Source of the DNA: Paragordius varius
Taxonomy: Eukaryota > Animalia > Nematomorpha
NCBI GenBank assembly: GCA_964247055.1
Contig: OZ176053.1
Span: 1-64,000 of the forward strand
Reading direction: 5' to 3'
Length of the DNA: 64,000 nt
A model generated the notes under the pieces. The model was not told the DNA's origin, made no database searches, and saw nothing but the letters and a program-made list of their open reading frames with translations. Positions 26,217-37,726 of the stretch are shown here, piece by piece; the first letter of the stretch is position 1, and the number at the start of each line of letters is the position of its first letter. The position numbers and the translations under genes were made by a program.

Positions 26217-26932
26217 GATTGCAAGAATGATATAAAAAGAGAACGTGATAGAGATTCAAAAGATTCAAACTAAGAAAAAATGGGCACTCATCCGATAAAT
26301 GTCAGGACAATGATTTTGATTCCAGTAAAAATCCGAGGGATCGCCATGAATATGATGATATAGAGGCAGATAGAGGGGGTATTTATTAATTTTAGAGCTT
26401 CGATTTCGTTTTAGCCATCCACGACACCGTTTTCAATTATAAAGACTATATTTACTCATAATACAAAAATGAAACCGAGAATTTTAATGGAAGTTGTGTT
26501 GATTTCTTATTTACGATTTCAAATAAGAATATATTAGTTTCTTAACATAAATTTTTTATAATAAGAACAAATAATAATATTGATGTGAGATAACCCCGTT
26601 CTAAGAACCAAGTTTTTCAAAAAACGGCCTTAATTTTTTTTAAGCGGATGTTGCCCACAAAAGGGTTAACGTGCAGTTACAGTTATCGGTGAGTTTTTAT
26701 TATTATCTTTCTTTCTCATTTAGATGATGAGAAATACAACCGTCATAATAGCAGAAATTCGGATGAAGACAGGAAATCTGAATCAGATTTAACTGCAAAC
26801 GATGAAGATGTTGCCGAATTCGATGATGTTAATGAAAGAGATAAACCAAATAAAAAAGATATTAAAAATATATGCAAACCTATGTTCTGCCATACCATTA
26901 ATAAATATTTTAATTTACTTGATTGTAAATAA
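26217..26932 (+). pseudogene. Two exon-like segments of an unidentified D/E/R/S/N-rich protein, one apparent frameshift
   Basis: Segments 26217-26378 (DCKNDIKRERDRDSKDS..NGHSSDKCQDNDFDSSKNPRDRHEYDDIEADRG) and 26724-26932 (DDEKYNRHNSRNSDEDRKSESD...) have compatible phase-1 GT/AG ends. One extra A near 26268 would restore the frame. Confidence 0.4.
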
Positions 26933-27528
26933 TATTTAATAAAAGTATTGATTCGAACTTGGATCCTGATGTTAAATTTTTCAGTATATAAAACTATTAA
27001 ATTATATTCCCAATTATACCATCCACAAAATTAGTGATAAAAAAATTCTGAAAAAACATACATTATCACAGATTTTTGATTAAGAATGATTTGTGAAAAA
27101 CCAATATGTAGAAAGAGAGTATTATAACAACATCTGCATAAATGACAATTATCAATTCTTTTACTACACCGAACGAGATATTACTAACGGGGTATTTTTT
27201 GTCCAAAATATTCGAATAAGGCGTGTAAATTGAATATTTATGTGTATATATATGCACAAAGTAGGTTTAAGTATGAAACGTATAATCATTGTAAAGCTTT
27301 TCAAAGTATGGGTGTCGATATTAATGAATGGTGTTATTAAGGGGGTCGGTTTTAGGAAAATGTGTTTCAATAATTGTTTTTGAAAACAGAAAGCATAAAT
27401 TTATTTAAACTAAATTCTGAAAATGTAATTGGACCCTTCTAAATTAGGCTAATTTATTTAAAGTCAAGCAAGAAAGCCGAATAGCCATAAGAATGTTTAT
27501 ACATAATTATAACAATATTAAAAACATA

Positions 27529-27812
27529 CAGTGAAAACCTAAATTATACGGACAAAACTGAAAATAAGACAATTATTTTTTTCTAAAATACAACCATACT
27601 TTTTTAATCTTGACTTATTTCAATATAACTCATTGTTTTAAATGGCAAAGTATGAAATAGAGATATATATTACTAATACAATCAATTCAATTACACTTGT
27701 ATTTAAATAGCTTATATGGGAAACATTAAGGTTGTAAAAAGCAAGGTTGTCTTTTAGAAAAAAATATTTGTCTTTATATTTTTCGTTTTGTCCGCATAAC
27801 ATTAATTTTTAC
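27529..27812. mobile_element. MITE, same family as 16201-16505
   Basis: TA|CAGTGAAAA start; inverted CAACCATACTTTTT / AAAAAGCAAGGTTGTCTTTT cores. Confidence 0.6.
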
Positions 27813-28606
27813 CAAATCAATTGAAAATTAACTAACCTTACGATCAGCATCATTCCTATATTAGAAAAGTATTTTTACTATCAAAAAGCTTTTTATACCG
27901 TTTCCATCATGCCTAAATATAGTAGAAAATATGCTTACTTGCTAAAAATATGTATTTTTTTATAATTTTTTTTAATATAATATTATACTTCAATATTTTA
28001 TGGCGCAATCCCGGTATTTTGGGGTCTAGAAGCACTAGCTCTTAGAAGAAAGAAAAAATGTGACGCAGCCAACATCTAAAAATTTAATTTGACATATAGT
28101 TTTGCCTTTATAGGTAGTTATTTATTGTTTTTTGGAATAAGCAAATCAGCTTTCTTTAAAAGTTTATTTCAAATTAATTGCTCAAATTTTGCCATTTTCC
28201 ACTACAAAAATATAAATAACTTTCTTATATCACTCATAAGGTCCAAACCATAAGCACCATCATAATGATACCTTCTATCAGAATAGTTTATTTTTTGTAC
28301 TTTATTACAATCGTAAAATATTTAAAACAATTTTAAATATGTTTAATAATGAGTTTTAAAAAGTAGAGCAGCCTTATATTGAATTTATTTGTATTTTGTC
28401 ATAATTTTAACTGTTACTTGGACAATACTACCTCATAGTCCCTATACATATAGATCATCTTAATTTTTTTTTAAAAAAATAAGACAACAAATAAAACTTT
28501 ATTTTGTTCGAAAACTCCTTTTCGCTTTAAAAACTAGAATAATATAATTTTTTAGGTTAAGCATATGATTTACTATAGAAAAATCGTCTCGCATGGGTTA
28601 ATTTAA

Positions 28607-31600
28607 ATGCGTTTAAAATTATTTTACTATATGTCTCAAAAATTTGACATTACTGGTGTGAAGAATATCTGCACTTTAAAAATAATAGATAAAAATTTAG
28701 GTATATCTAAAATTACTGTAGGAATTTATGCTATTGAGTTAAACAGACCAACTGTAAAAAATGCCTTAAACGTAGAAATGCTCGATTTAGTACTAATTTA
28801 ATCCATTTTATCTCAAATAAAGCTAATAACTTTTAATATGTAATTTTATTAAGTTTGAAAATATATTTGATATAATATAGCTGTCGAATCACGTTGAAAC
28901 CGCTTCAAAAGAAACTAATTGTCATGCAATCATCTTACGTAGCCTTGTTCCCGGTGTTTTTTGCTCAGGTCTTTTTTCCATTTATTAAAAATATTTAATT
29001 TTTAAGAAAAAAGAACCCATTAAATATTGGCTCCACTTTTTCGACCTAGATCTATCCGAGCTCTGTAACGTGTTTCGTCCATAGTCTTTTTTTAAGTTTT
29101 TCCTGATTTTATTTGGATCAGTAAATCAAGAACAAAAAATAATTTAAATGATAAATTTTGTCAAAATTTGTTTTGACTATTTTAATGATAGCTGTGGGCG
29201 AGTATTAACCTTATTTTTTATTTGGATTTGTTTTATTTGAATATCAAAATGACAATTATTTTTTGGATTATTTGTAGAGAGGAATTTTTTTTAAGTCCAA
29301 GGTGCTGGCTGGCCTTGTTGGAAACACATGTTGAAAGTTTTTTACGATTTTTTTTTAAATGTTCCATTTTCATTTGGGAATTTTATCCTAAATATGAGTG
29401 GAACATCACATCTAATTAGATGTTCATTTAGTTTTATTGTTAGAAAGCTAATTCTTAAACGATGTTTTTGTCCGAATAGAAACCAGAATGAGGATATTCG
29501 TCAAAAGCCATCATTGAAAATTCAAATTTCAAATTTACTTTACAATGTAATCACACGTTAGGTTATATCTATAACTAATATTATGCTTTTCTTAAAATAT
29601 TGATTTTTTCCAACTTCTATATTGGTTGTTATTTGTAGCTATCAAATATTTCGATTACTTTTTAGGGGCAGATCTTAAAGAAAGAACATCTATGCCAATA
29701 GAACGGGTCGGAGATCATGTTCAAAAAATGCGCAATCTTTTCCAACGTTTCTATCGACTTCCTCAATTAACCATAGCGGCTTTAGATGGTTCAGCTTTTG
29801 GTGGAGGTTTAGAATTGGCTCTATCAGCTGATATGAGAATAACGAGTATTTAATATACTTTTTATTTAAATTTATTTATTGTGAAGGAACGTTAAATAAA
29901 TAGGTATTCGCTTTTACAGCTGTAACCACCATCTTTCTTTAATCGTTTATTTACTTTTCTCCAGATTCTCTGGTTGCCGGTTAGTAAGGGCATACACGGC
30001 GTAAAAAACGGTTGCTCCATAATTTACTTCAGTATTTTATCGCTAATTCACTTTTCTTTCTCGCTTTTTGCTTGTTCTTATCATATCATTACATTATAAC
30101 GAAACATAATATGTGTTCGAATCCCACAATCCATACTAATCATATCATTCGTCTGGCCACTTGGAATATAACATCTTTAACCAGAAGGAGTCAGGAAATA
30201 GCAGCTTTGCTTTCTCCAAGAACATCAAAAAATGTTGCGTCCAAGAAACTCGCTGGAAGAACACTGGTTCCAAAAACATTCTAGATTATAAATTATTCTG
30301 GTCTGGATCTAATGGCCGTTCATCAGGTGTCGGAGTTTATGTCAAAAATTCAATTTTATCCAATATCATATCCATCGATTACTGTTCTGAAAGATTATTA
30401 GTATTAAAAATTCAAATCAACAAAAAAATCTTTCATATTTTATCAGTATACGCCCCACAAATCAATTGTGATTCAAACTGTAAGGATTTATTCTGGTTGG
30501 CTTTATATGAAAAAGTCACTGCTATTCCACACACTGATTTCATATTTATTGGGGGTGACCTAAACTCTCACTTTGGTAAAGAATCTTTACATTCAGTACA
30601 TGGAGGTTTTGGAATGGATGATTTAAATGAAAATGGTAAAATATTATTAGATTTCGCAAGTAATAATAATTTATCCATCATTAACACCTTTTTTAAAAAA
30701 AATGATAATAACTTGTTAACCTATATATCCGGCACAAATCGCTCGATGATTGACATAATTATGTCAAGAAAAGAAAACAAATCCCATTTTAAAAATATTA
30801 GATCTATCCCCGCTCTAGAACTACAGCACAAACTCATTATTGCTGAATTATATAAATCTACATCAAAGGCAATCACCCATTGGACAAAATAAATCTAAAT
30901 TTAGATATAAAAAATTAGTCGATAATAATATCAATAATAGATTGAAACTCGACACGGAAAGTTCCCTTAAATTAAAAACAACCTCTCCGGAACACCTCTG
31001 GAATTCCTTAAAATATAGCTGCATTGAATCACTAGAGAAGAATGTTGGGAGAATGAAATCTAATAATAAAAAAGCATTTAAATGGTGGTGGCAAATATCC
31101 CTGATAGATATAATTAAGAAAAAGAAATCTGCATTCCAAAAATGGAAAAAAGAAAAAAGTGCTGACAGCAAAATAAATTACCTCCAAACAAAGAAAGATT
31201 GCCGTAAAGCGATCAGAGCATCGATGAGAAAAATGGGTGAAGAAAAAGGGAAGGAACTAGAAAATGCCATATCTTCTCAATCTGTATATAGATGGGTAAA
31301 ATATGATAATAATATAAGGGCCGAAACAAATGCAATTAGATTACCCAATAATACCATAACCCACGACGCCCAAGTTATAAAAGCCACATGGTATAACCAC
31401 TATTTTAATATTTTTAACAAACCTATAATACCTATGGAAATCACGAACCCTCACCCAACATATTCTTCATTCCAACCATTTACTAATGATGAAATAGAAT
31501 TTTGTTTAAACAATTTAAAAAGTAATAAATGCCCCGGTTTATCAGAAATCACAAATGATGTATTCAAAGCCCTAGATCATAATTTATTTTTGGACTATTT

Positions 31601-34600
31601 CAAAAATCTTGCGAACAACATAGCATTAAATAATACCATACCCTCTGATTGGCTGAAAAGCTACACAATTCCAATTTATAAGGGCAAAGGAGATCGTTTT
31701 AACGTTTCCAACTTCCGTCCCATACGCATCTTAGAACATGGTTTTAAAATCTTTGAAAATCTGATAGCCAACAGAATCCGTCGACACTGCACCATAGATT
31801 CTATGCAATTTGGATTTTCAAAAAACAAGGGTACTATAGACGCAATATTTATAATCCGCCAATTACAAAATGCTCACCTGAGAAATCTTCCTCTCCACTA
31901 TGCGTTTGTAGACTTGGAACAGGCTTTCGACTCAGTCCCGCAACACCTGATTGCTTGGTCGCTCAGAAGGCAAGGTATAGAGGAAAATATGATACAAATA
32001 ATAGAAGCACTATATAAGAACACCTCAACTGTAATCCGTACAAGCGTTGGCGATACGAACCCCATCCCACTTAAAAACGGCCTACACCAAGGTTCTATAT
32101 TAAGCCCCCTTTTATTTATTCTAATTATGGAGGAGATCACAAAAGACATACGAAAAGGCTTACCATTTGAACTTCTGTACGCTGATGACTTAATATTATG
32201 CGCCACATCTGCTCCGGAATTAATGGAAAAGTTAAATTTATGGAAGGATACCCTTAGTAAATTCGGTTTGAAGGTAAATACATCAAAGACTAAACTAATG
32301 TGCGATGAAAACAGGACAATAAAATGGCCCTGCTCCGTGTGCTCATTAAATGTAAAGTCAAACTCAATAAAATGTAACAAATGTTTAAAGTGGGTACATA
32401 AAAAATGCTCCACTTTAAAAAGTTTATATGATAATAAAAACTTTATCTGCCCCTCGTGCACTACAACAAATACATTAACCATAGAATCCCCCGAACCCTC
32501 CACTTCATTCGAAATTGTCGACAAATTTACATATCTAGGCGATACTTTGGATGCTGGTGGTGGTATAGAATCGGCCTTATCGCATAGAATCAAAGCCGCC
32601 TGGAAAAAATATCATAGTCTGCGCACAATAGTAAACAATAAGTACGTTTTACTCAGCTCAAAGGCAAAAATTTTTATGACGGCTATACGTCCTGCTATAC
32701 TATATGGTACGGAAACATGGCCTATGACTAAATCAAATCTACTATTACTGCAAAAGGGTGAGCAAAAGATCCTAACGCCATTCTTTTCGCACATAACCCT
32801 AACATATACAATTTCCAAGCCAAATTTTGCCCCTATCAAACTCTAAAAATTAAACCAATTAATACAGCTATCCGGGAATACCGTTTGCGTTGGGCTGGTC
32901 ACATCTACAGAGCGCAAGACACAAACTGGATCAAGCTCATACAGTCTTATTCAACCAATAATAAAAACAAAAAAGGAAGACCGTATAAAACCTGGCAATC
33001 CACCATTCAAGAAGACCTAGATTCTCTTAGTATCGATATCGAACAAGCTCAAGATAGAAACAAATGGAAAACTCTAACACGCTTACCTCCTTTGAAAGGA
33101 GAAAATAGCGTATAAAGGTGATATATATACATATATATATATTATATATTATTATATATGTATATTTAAGTAAGAAAACAACTATTTTTATCGTTTACTT
33201 ATAGTTTTTTCGAAAAAATTCTCTATCATATATTTTAACATAAATCATAAGGGTTGTCCTTAATATCCTAGTTTTAGCATTTTCAATTTTTATTGTATAG
33301 AAACTTATACGTATCAATATATATCACTTTAGCTGACACTTCTAAGCTTGGGTTAGTTGAAACGAAATTAGGCATCATTCCTGGAGCTGGTATAGCTTTG
33401 AATATATGTTAACGATGAATTTGATAATTAAATTTATATAAAAATTTTAATAACCTTTTTATTATTTGGGTTCATTTTGTTCAAATTTTACTAAATTGCG
33501 CTTAATTTGGAGAATTAAAATAAATAATAAAACTTTAAACAAATCGAAGAATTTCAGGTGCGAATTATCATAATTTGTTAGCAATATGGAAAAAATATTT
33601 TAAAAATGCAGATAGAAGTATCTCATTGATTGGGTAAAATATTTTACATTTCATCTTGAATTTATTGAGAGGGGCGCAACAATTTTTATTTCAATTTGTT
33701 AGGGCCTCAACAAGAGCACTCCTTTAGATTAATATTGTAAGACGGAACGCATAAATCTTAATATATTTTTTATGTTTAAAGAGCTTTTCCTTTAAGAAAA
33801 ACTACCCAATTTTTAAGAATTAATTTCCTTTTTAATAATTGAAGGTGGAACCCAAAGATTAGCAAGACTGATTGGTACTCTTAAAGCTAAAGAACTCATT
33901 TTCTCCGGTTCTATTATTGATGGACAATTAGCCGAACAACTTGGTTTAGTTAATCAATCCATCAAAATTGACCACACAACTAAGACCGGTTTTTAATTCA
34001 AACATAAACTCTTTTTCAACCAATTATTATTAACCAAAATGCTTGTTTTAGAGGCGGTTAATAATTCAATTAACGATTCAAGGAAAATGTTTATTTTAAA
34101 AGTTACTTTTTTCCAATTTTTTACCTGAATCTCTATTAATCGAATTCCTTTGTTTTGGTATATGCAGTAAAAATAAATTTTATATGGGCAAAACGAAAAA
34201 ACTTAAAGATAAATTTCAAAAGACAACCATACTTTTTTAATCTAGAATTTTTAATTATAACTCATTGTTTCAAATTGGAAATTATGAAACAGAGATGTAT
34301 ATGGAAACATAAGCAATTAAATATTTAACGATTTCGACTAAATAATTATAAAGGAAAATTTTAGATTTAAAAAGTATGGTTGTCTTTTGGGAAAAAATAT
34401 TTATCTTTTTTTTACGTTTTGCTTGATTATCCATAATTGGACTTTCTTGACATTTTTTGGAATATGTAAAACAAATGGGAACCATATTTTTAGGTCATAA
34501 ATATTACTTTGAACCGGTGAAAAATAGTAAATATGTCTATATCCGATTAGATTACAAATTTTTAATCATTCTTATAATTATAGCTCATTTATTATAATAG

Positions 34601-35104
34601 AGAACAATTCAAATGAAAATAGGAATGTCATTTTCCCAGCTTACGAGAGATCCCTGGAATTAACAACTCAAATTTTGCAAAATTGTGTAAATAATTCATC
34701 TAAATTTATATCCAAATATATTATTTACCTTTATGTAAAATTTAAAAGAGGTTTTTGAAGTTTCTGTTAATCGATTTTTTTCTATTGATTTAGGACAAAT
34801 CATATAACATTTGGTCTAAATTATACTTGTAAAACTTTTTTGTGCTTTATTTTTGTAGAGTCCTTTGAGTATTCGTTGTGCTAAAAAAGCCATAGATGAA
34901 GGAATGAACACCACAATGGAAAATGGTTTAGAAATTGAAAGAACTTGTTATGAAACTGTACGTAAAATTCCAATAATTAATTATGCCATTCAACAATTTG
35001 TCTATAATAAATTTCATAATATTTAGGTCATTTATTCAAACGACAGATTGGAAGGCTTAAAAGCATTTACCGAAAAAAGGAAACCAATTTTTAAGGGAAA
35101 TTAA
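28607..35104 (+). CDS. AUH: Methylglutaconyl-CoA hydratase (AU-binding enoyl-CoA hydratase, crotonase family)
   Basis: Exons 28607-28700, 28722-28789, 28881-28968, 29666-29845, 33333-33389, 33845-33988, 34601-34686, 34859-34957 and 35027-35104, all phase-compatible. Motifs: [85 protein letters not shown]. Confidence 0.93.
29950..33165 (+). mobile_element. RTE-clade LINE, near full length, frameshifted, in AUH intron 4
   Basis: APE endonuclease from ATG 30111 (TWNI, CVQETRW, SVYAPQ, IGGDLN, IDII) and RT ([23 protein letters not shown]). A post-RT PHD-like finger (WPCSVC...C..C..WVHKKC...FICPSC) and a C-terminal RWAGH...GRP..TW follow. Frameshifts near 30225, 30880 and 32800-32880; (AT)n-type tail at 33121-33165. 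Confidence 0.92.
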
Positions 35105-35509
35105 TTAATTGATCTTATTTTATTAATAATTTTATTATATATATATAACACATGAAGATATTTATCAGTTAATTTTGTTAGATAAAAGACGTGATGATGA
35201 ATCTCCTTTTTAATTATTTAATTAGACACAAAGTATACGTTGTTAGATAAATTTAAATAATTCAATGTGGGAATCTACTGTGTTTTATATTAAAATTAAA
35301 AAAATTAATCCTTGACCTCCTTGATAAGCTTACAAATAATGAAACATTTATCGATCACACCCTTATATTGTTATGTGATTAACCTTTAGGCATATAATAC
35401 TTCTTAATAAAGACATGTATAATCAGTATAATAAATTTCCATTTATTAATATAGAAAATTCATACTTCTGCCAAATCTAATTTATTATTCTGAATATTAT
35501 ATGTTATAT

Positions 35510-37172
35510 CCGGGCTTCTTATACTTTTGTAGTTTCCCACCCCATTTATGATTGCGAGTTTCTTCACGACCCCAACAAATATAAAACAAAAATAATAGTT
35601 TCTTCAAAATAACACTTAGAAATTTTGTTGATAATATTTATCAGGATTGTTTTGGTTTAAAGAGATTGACAAAAAATCTAAATTTTTTATAAATTTCTAT
35701 AATATTTTCTGATTCATAATAAATTTATACAAGATACTAGCGGGCCCTGTCACGCTTCACTGTGACGTAGTTTCACCGATAATCATTCTTAATAATTTGC
35801 AATAAATAGAGTTAATGGAGATTAAAAAAATAATAAAAATTATATGTAATAAAAAGAATGTCTTTAATTATTCTTTTACGGGTTTTTGCATAGGCTCAAA
35901 TATTGTTACTCGAAATGGACCATATTTCAACTGTCCCTTATTTAAAGTTAATATTCAACTATCATTAGATTTATTTTAAGATTTTCGTTTTACAAAATCA
36001 TGTTTAAAAAGTCTATTTTGAAAAGTGTTCCAGCAGCTGAGGCCAAGGGATATAAAAAGTAAATCGTTTGTGGTCCCTTTTTAAAAGAAAGAATGATATT
36101 ATACAAATTCCCCATAAATGTGTTTAACTGATCTCGCATGGCTTCTTAAGTTTTTTAAAAATCAGCTCCAAAACTACGCCATTTTTGTATGGCGTCTAAA
36201 CCAGATCCCTACCCATAGACTTATATGGGAAAAGCGCTGAGTTAAATTTTTTGCCTTTATAGGGCAAATATTTGGAATCATCTTTGATACCATCGCATGG
36301 GTTCTTCAAAAAAATACCTCAACACTAAATAATCGTTACATGATGGCGTATTTTTAGGGCATAAAGGCCCCAATTAACGGTTAATAATAAAAGCCCGATT
36401 ATTTCAAGCTTTTAATGATCTCATATGGCTTCATAAATTTTCTGGAAATTAGCTCCAAAACAACGAAATTTCTATATAGTGGCGCAGTTTCAGCGGCAAT
36501 CGTTTACCCAGCAGCTAATATTAATAAAACGCAAGACTAAAATTTTTGCCTTTTAATAGGGAATACCTGGAATCCTCATTAAATTTTAACGGTCTCATAC
36601 CCTGGGCAAAAAATATTTTGTTTTTTATGAAAAAAATGGCATTTTACGGAGGGAGCGGGTAAAAATAGAGCCTAAATTTAAAGTAAGCCGACTATCAATC
36701 GAAAAAAAAGTAAAAAAATCATATTTGAAATCGAATGGTCCTACACGTTTTCCGGAAAATTGTTTCAAAGACACGATTTTTGTGGGCTTCTGATTAAAAA
36801 AAAACATTTTTTACAAGGGCTAATTCAAAAAATGGGTGATGGTATTGTCGGGGCATTCAATAATGATTAATTTTTTTGACATTTGGATTTAAATAGGTCT
36901 ACCGGTTTTCCGGAAACAGATCACAAAGCCAGAATTTTTCATTTTTATAATATATGGAATATAATGATCATATAGAAATGCTGGTATAAACAGTTTTTCC
37001 GAACCAGAAGATTTTATGATATATTTATCTACGATGAATGTTATTTTTATTTATAAAAAATTTTATAAGTTAAAAAACATTTTTTGTTAAATTGTATTTT
37101 CATCACTCGCGACCCCATAATTTTGCTAGGCGACCTTAAATGGGGTCGGGACATATAGTTTAAGAAGCCCTG
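35510..37172. mobile_element. Non-autonomous hAT element
   Basis: Ends CCGGGCTTCTTATACT / AGTTTAAGAAGCCCTG. Perfect 8-bp TSD TGTTATAT at 35502-35509 and 37173-37180. No transposase ORF. Confidence 0.85.
35734..37030. mobile_element. Possible Helitron-type non-autonomous element nested in the hAT element
   Basis: Starts ATACTAGCGGGCCCTGTCACGCTTCACTGTGAC (CTAG plus small hairpin, Helitron/Helentron-like end). Imperfect internal repeats GATCTC(G/A)(C/T)ATGGCTTC at ~36130, 36290 and 36418. The far boundary is a guess. Confidence 0.4.
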
Positions 37173-37726
37173 TGTTATATAGTATTATAGCCAATTTGAA
37201 ATAGATTTAATTGTCATGTAAATATGAGAGTCCTAAAGTAGGTAGATATCAAGCAAAAAGTTTTAAAAATATTTCCCAAAAATTAGGCTATTATAAGTTA
37301 TCATCTTGGATATAGGGTAATACTTTGAAATGTATTAGCATTTTTTATTCATTATTAAGCGAAATTTAGAGTAATTTAGCATTAACCATATCTTCTCTTA
37401 ATTCCCTTTAAATATATCATCTCTTTATGTGAAACGGGGATTTATCTCAATTATATAACTTTTGCAATTATATAAATAATGTGGGAAATATCTAGCAATA
37501 TGGCGTAATTACACATACGAAATAGCTAAAACAACGATATCTAGGTTAAATGTATGGTTGTTTTTAATAAAAAATTTTGTCTTTTATTTTATTGTTTTGA
37601 CCGTCAAATATTTGGTATAATAGGATTTTTAATCTAGTTAAATAATTGTTTTAAGCATGAACTCCTATAATTTGAGCAACAATCATTTTATTATATTTAA
37701 TGTTTTTTTAATTTTAACAATAATTC

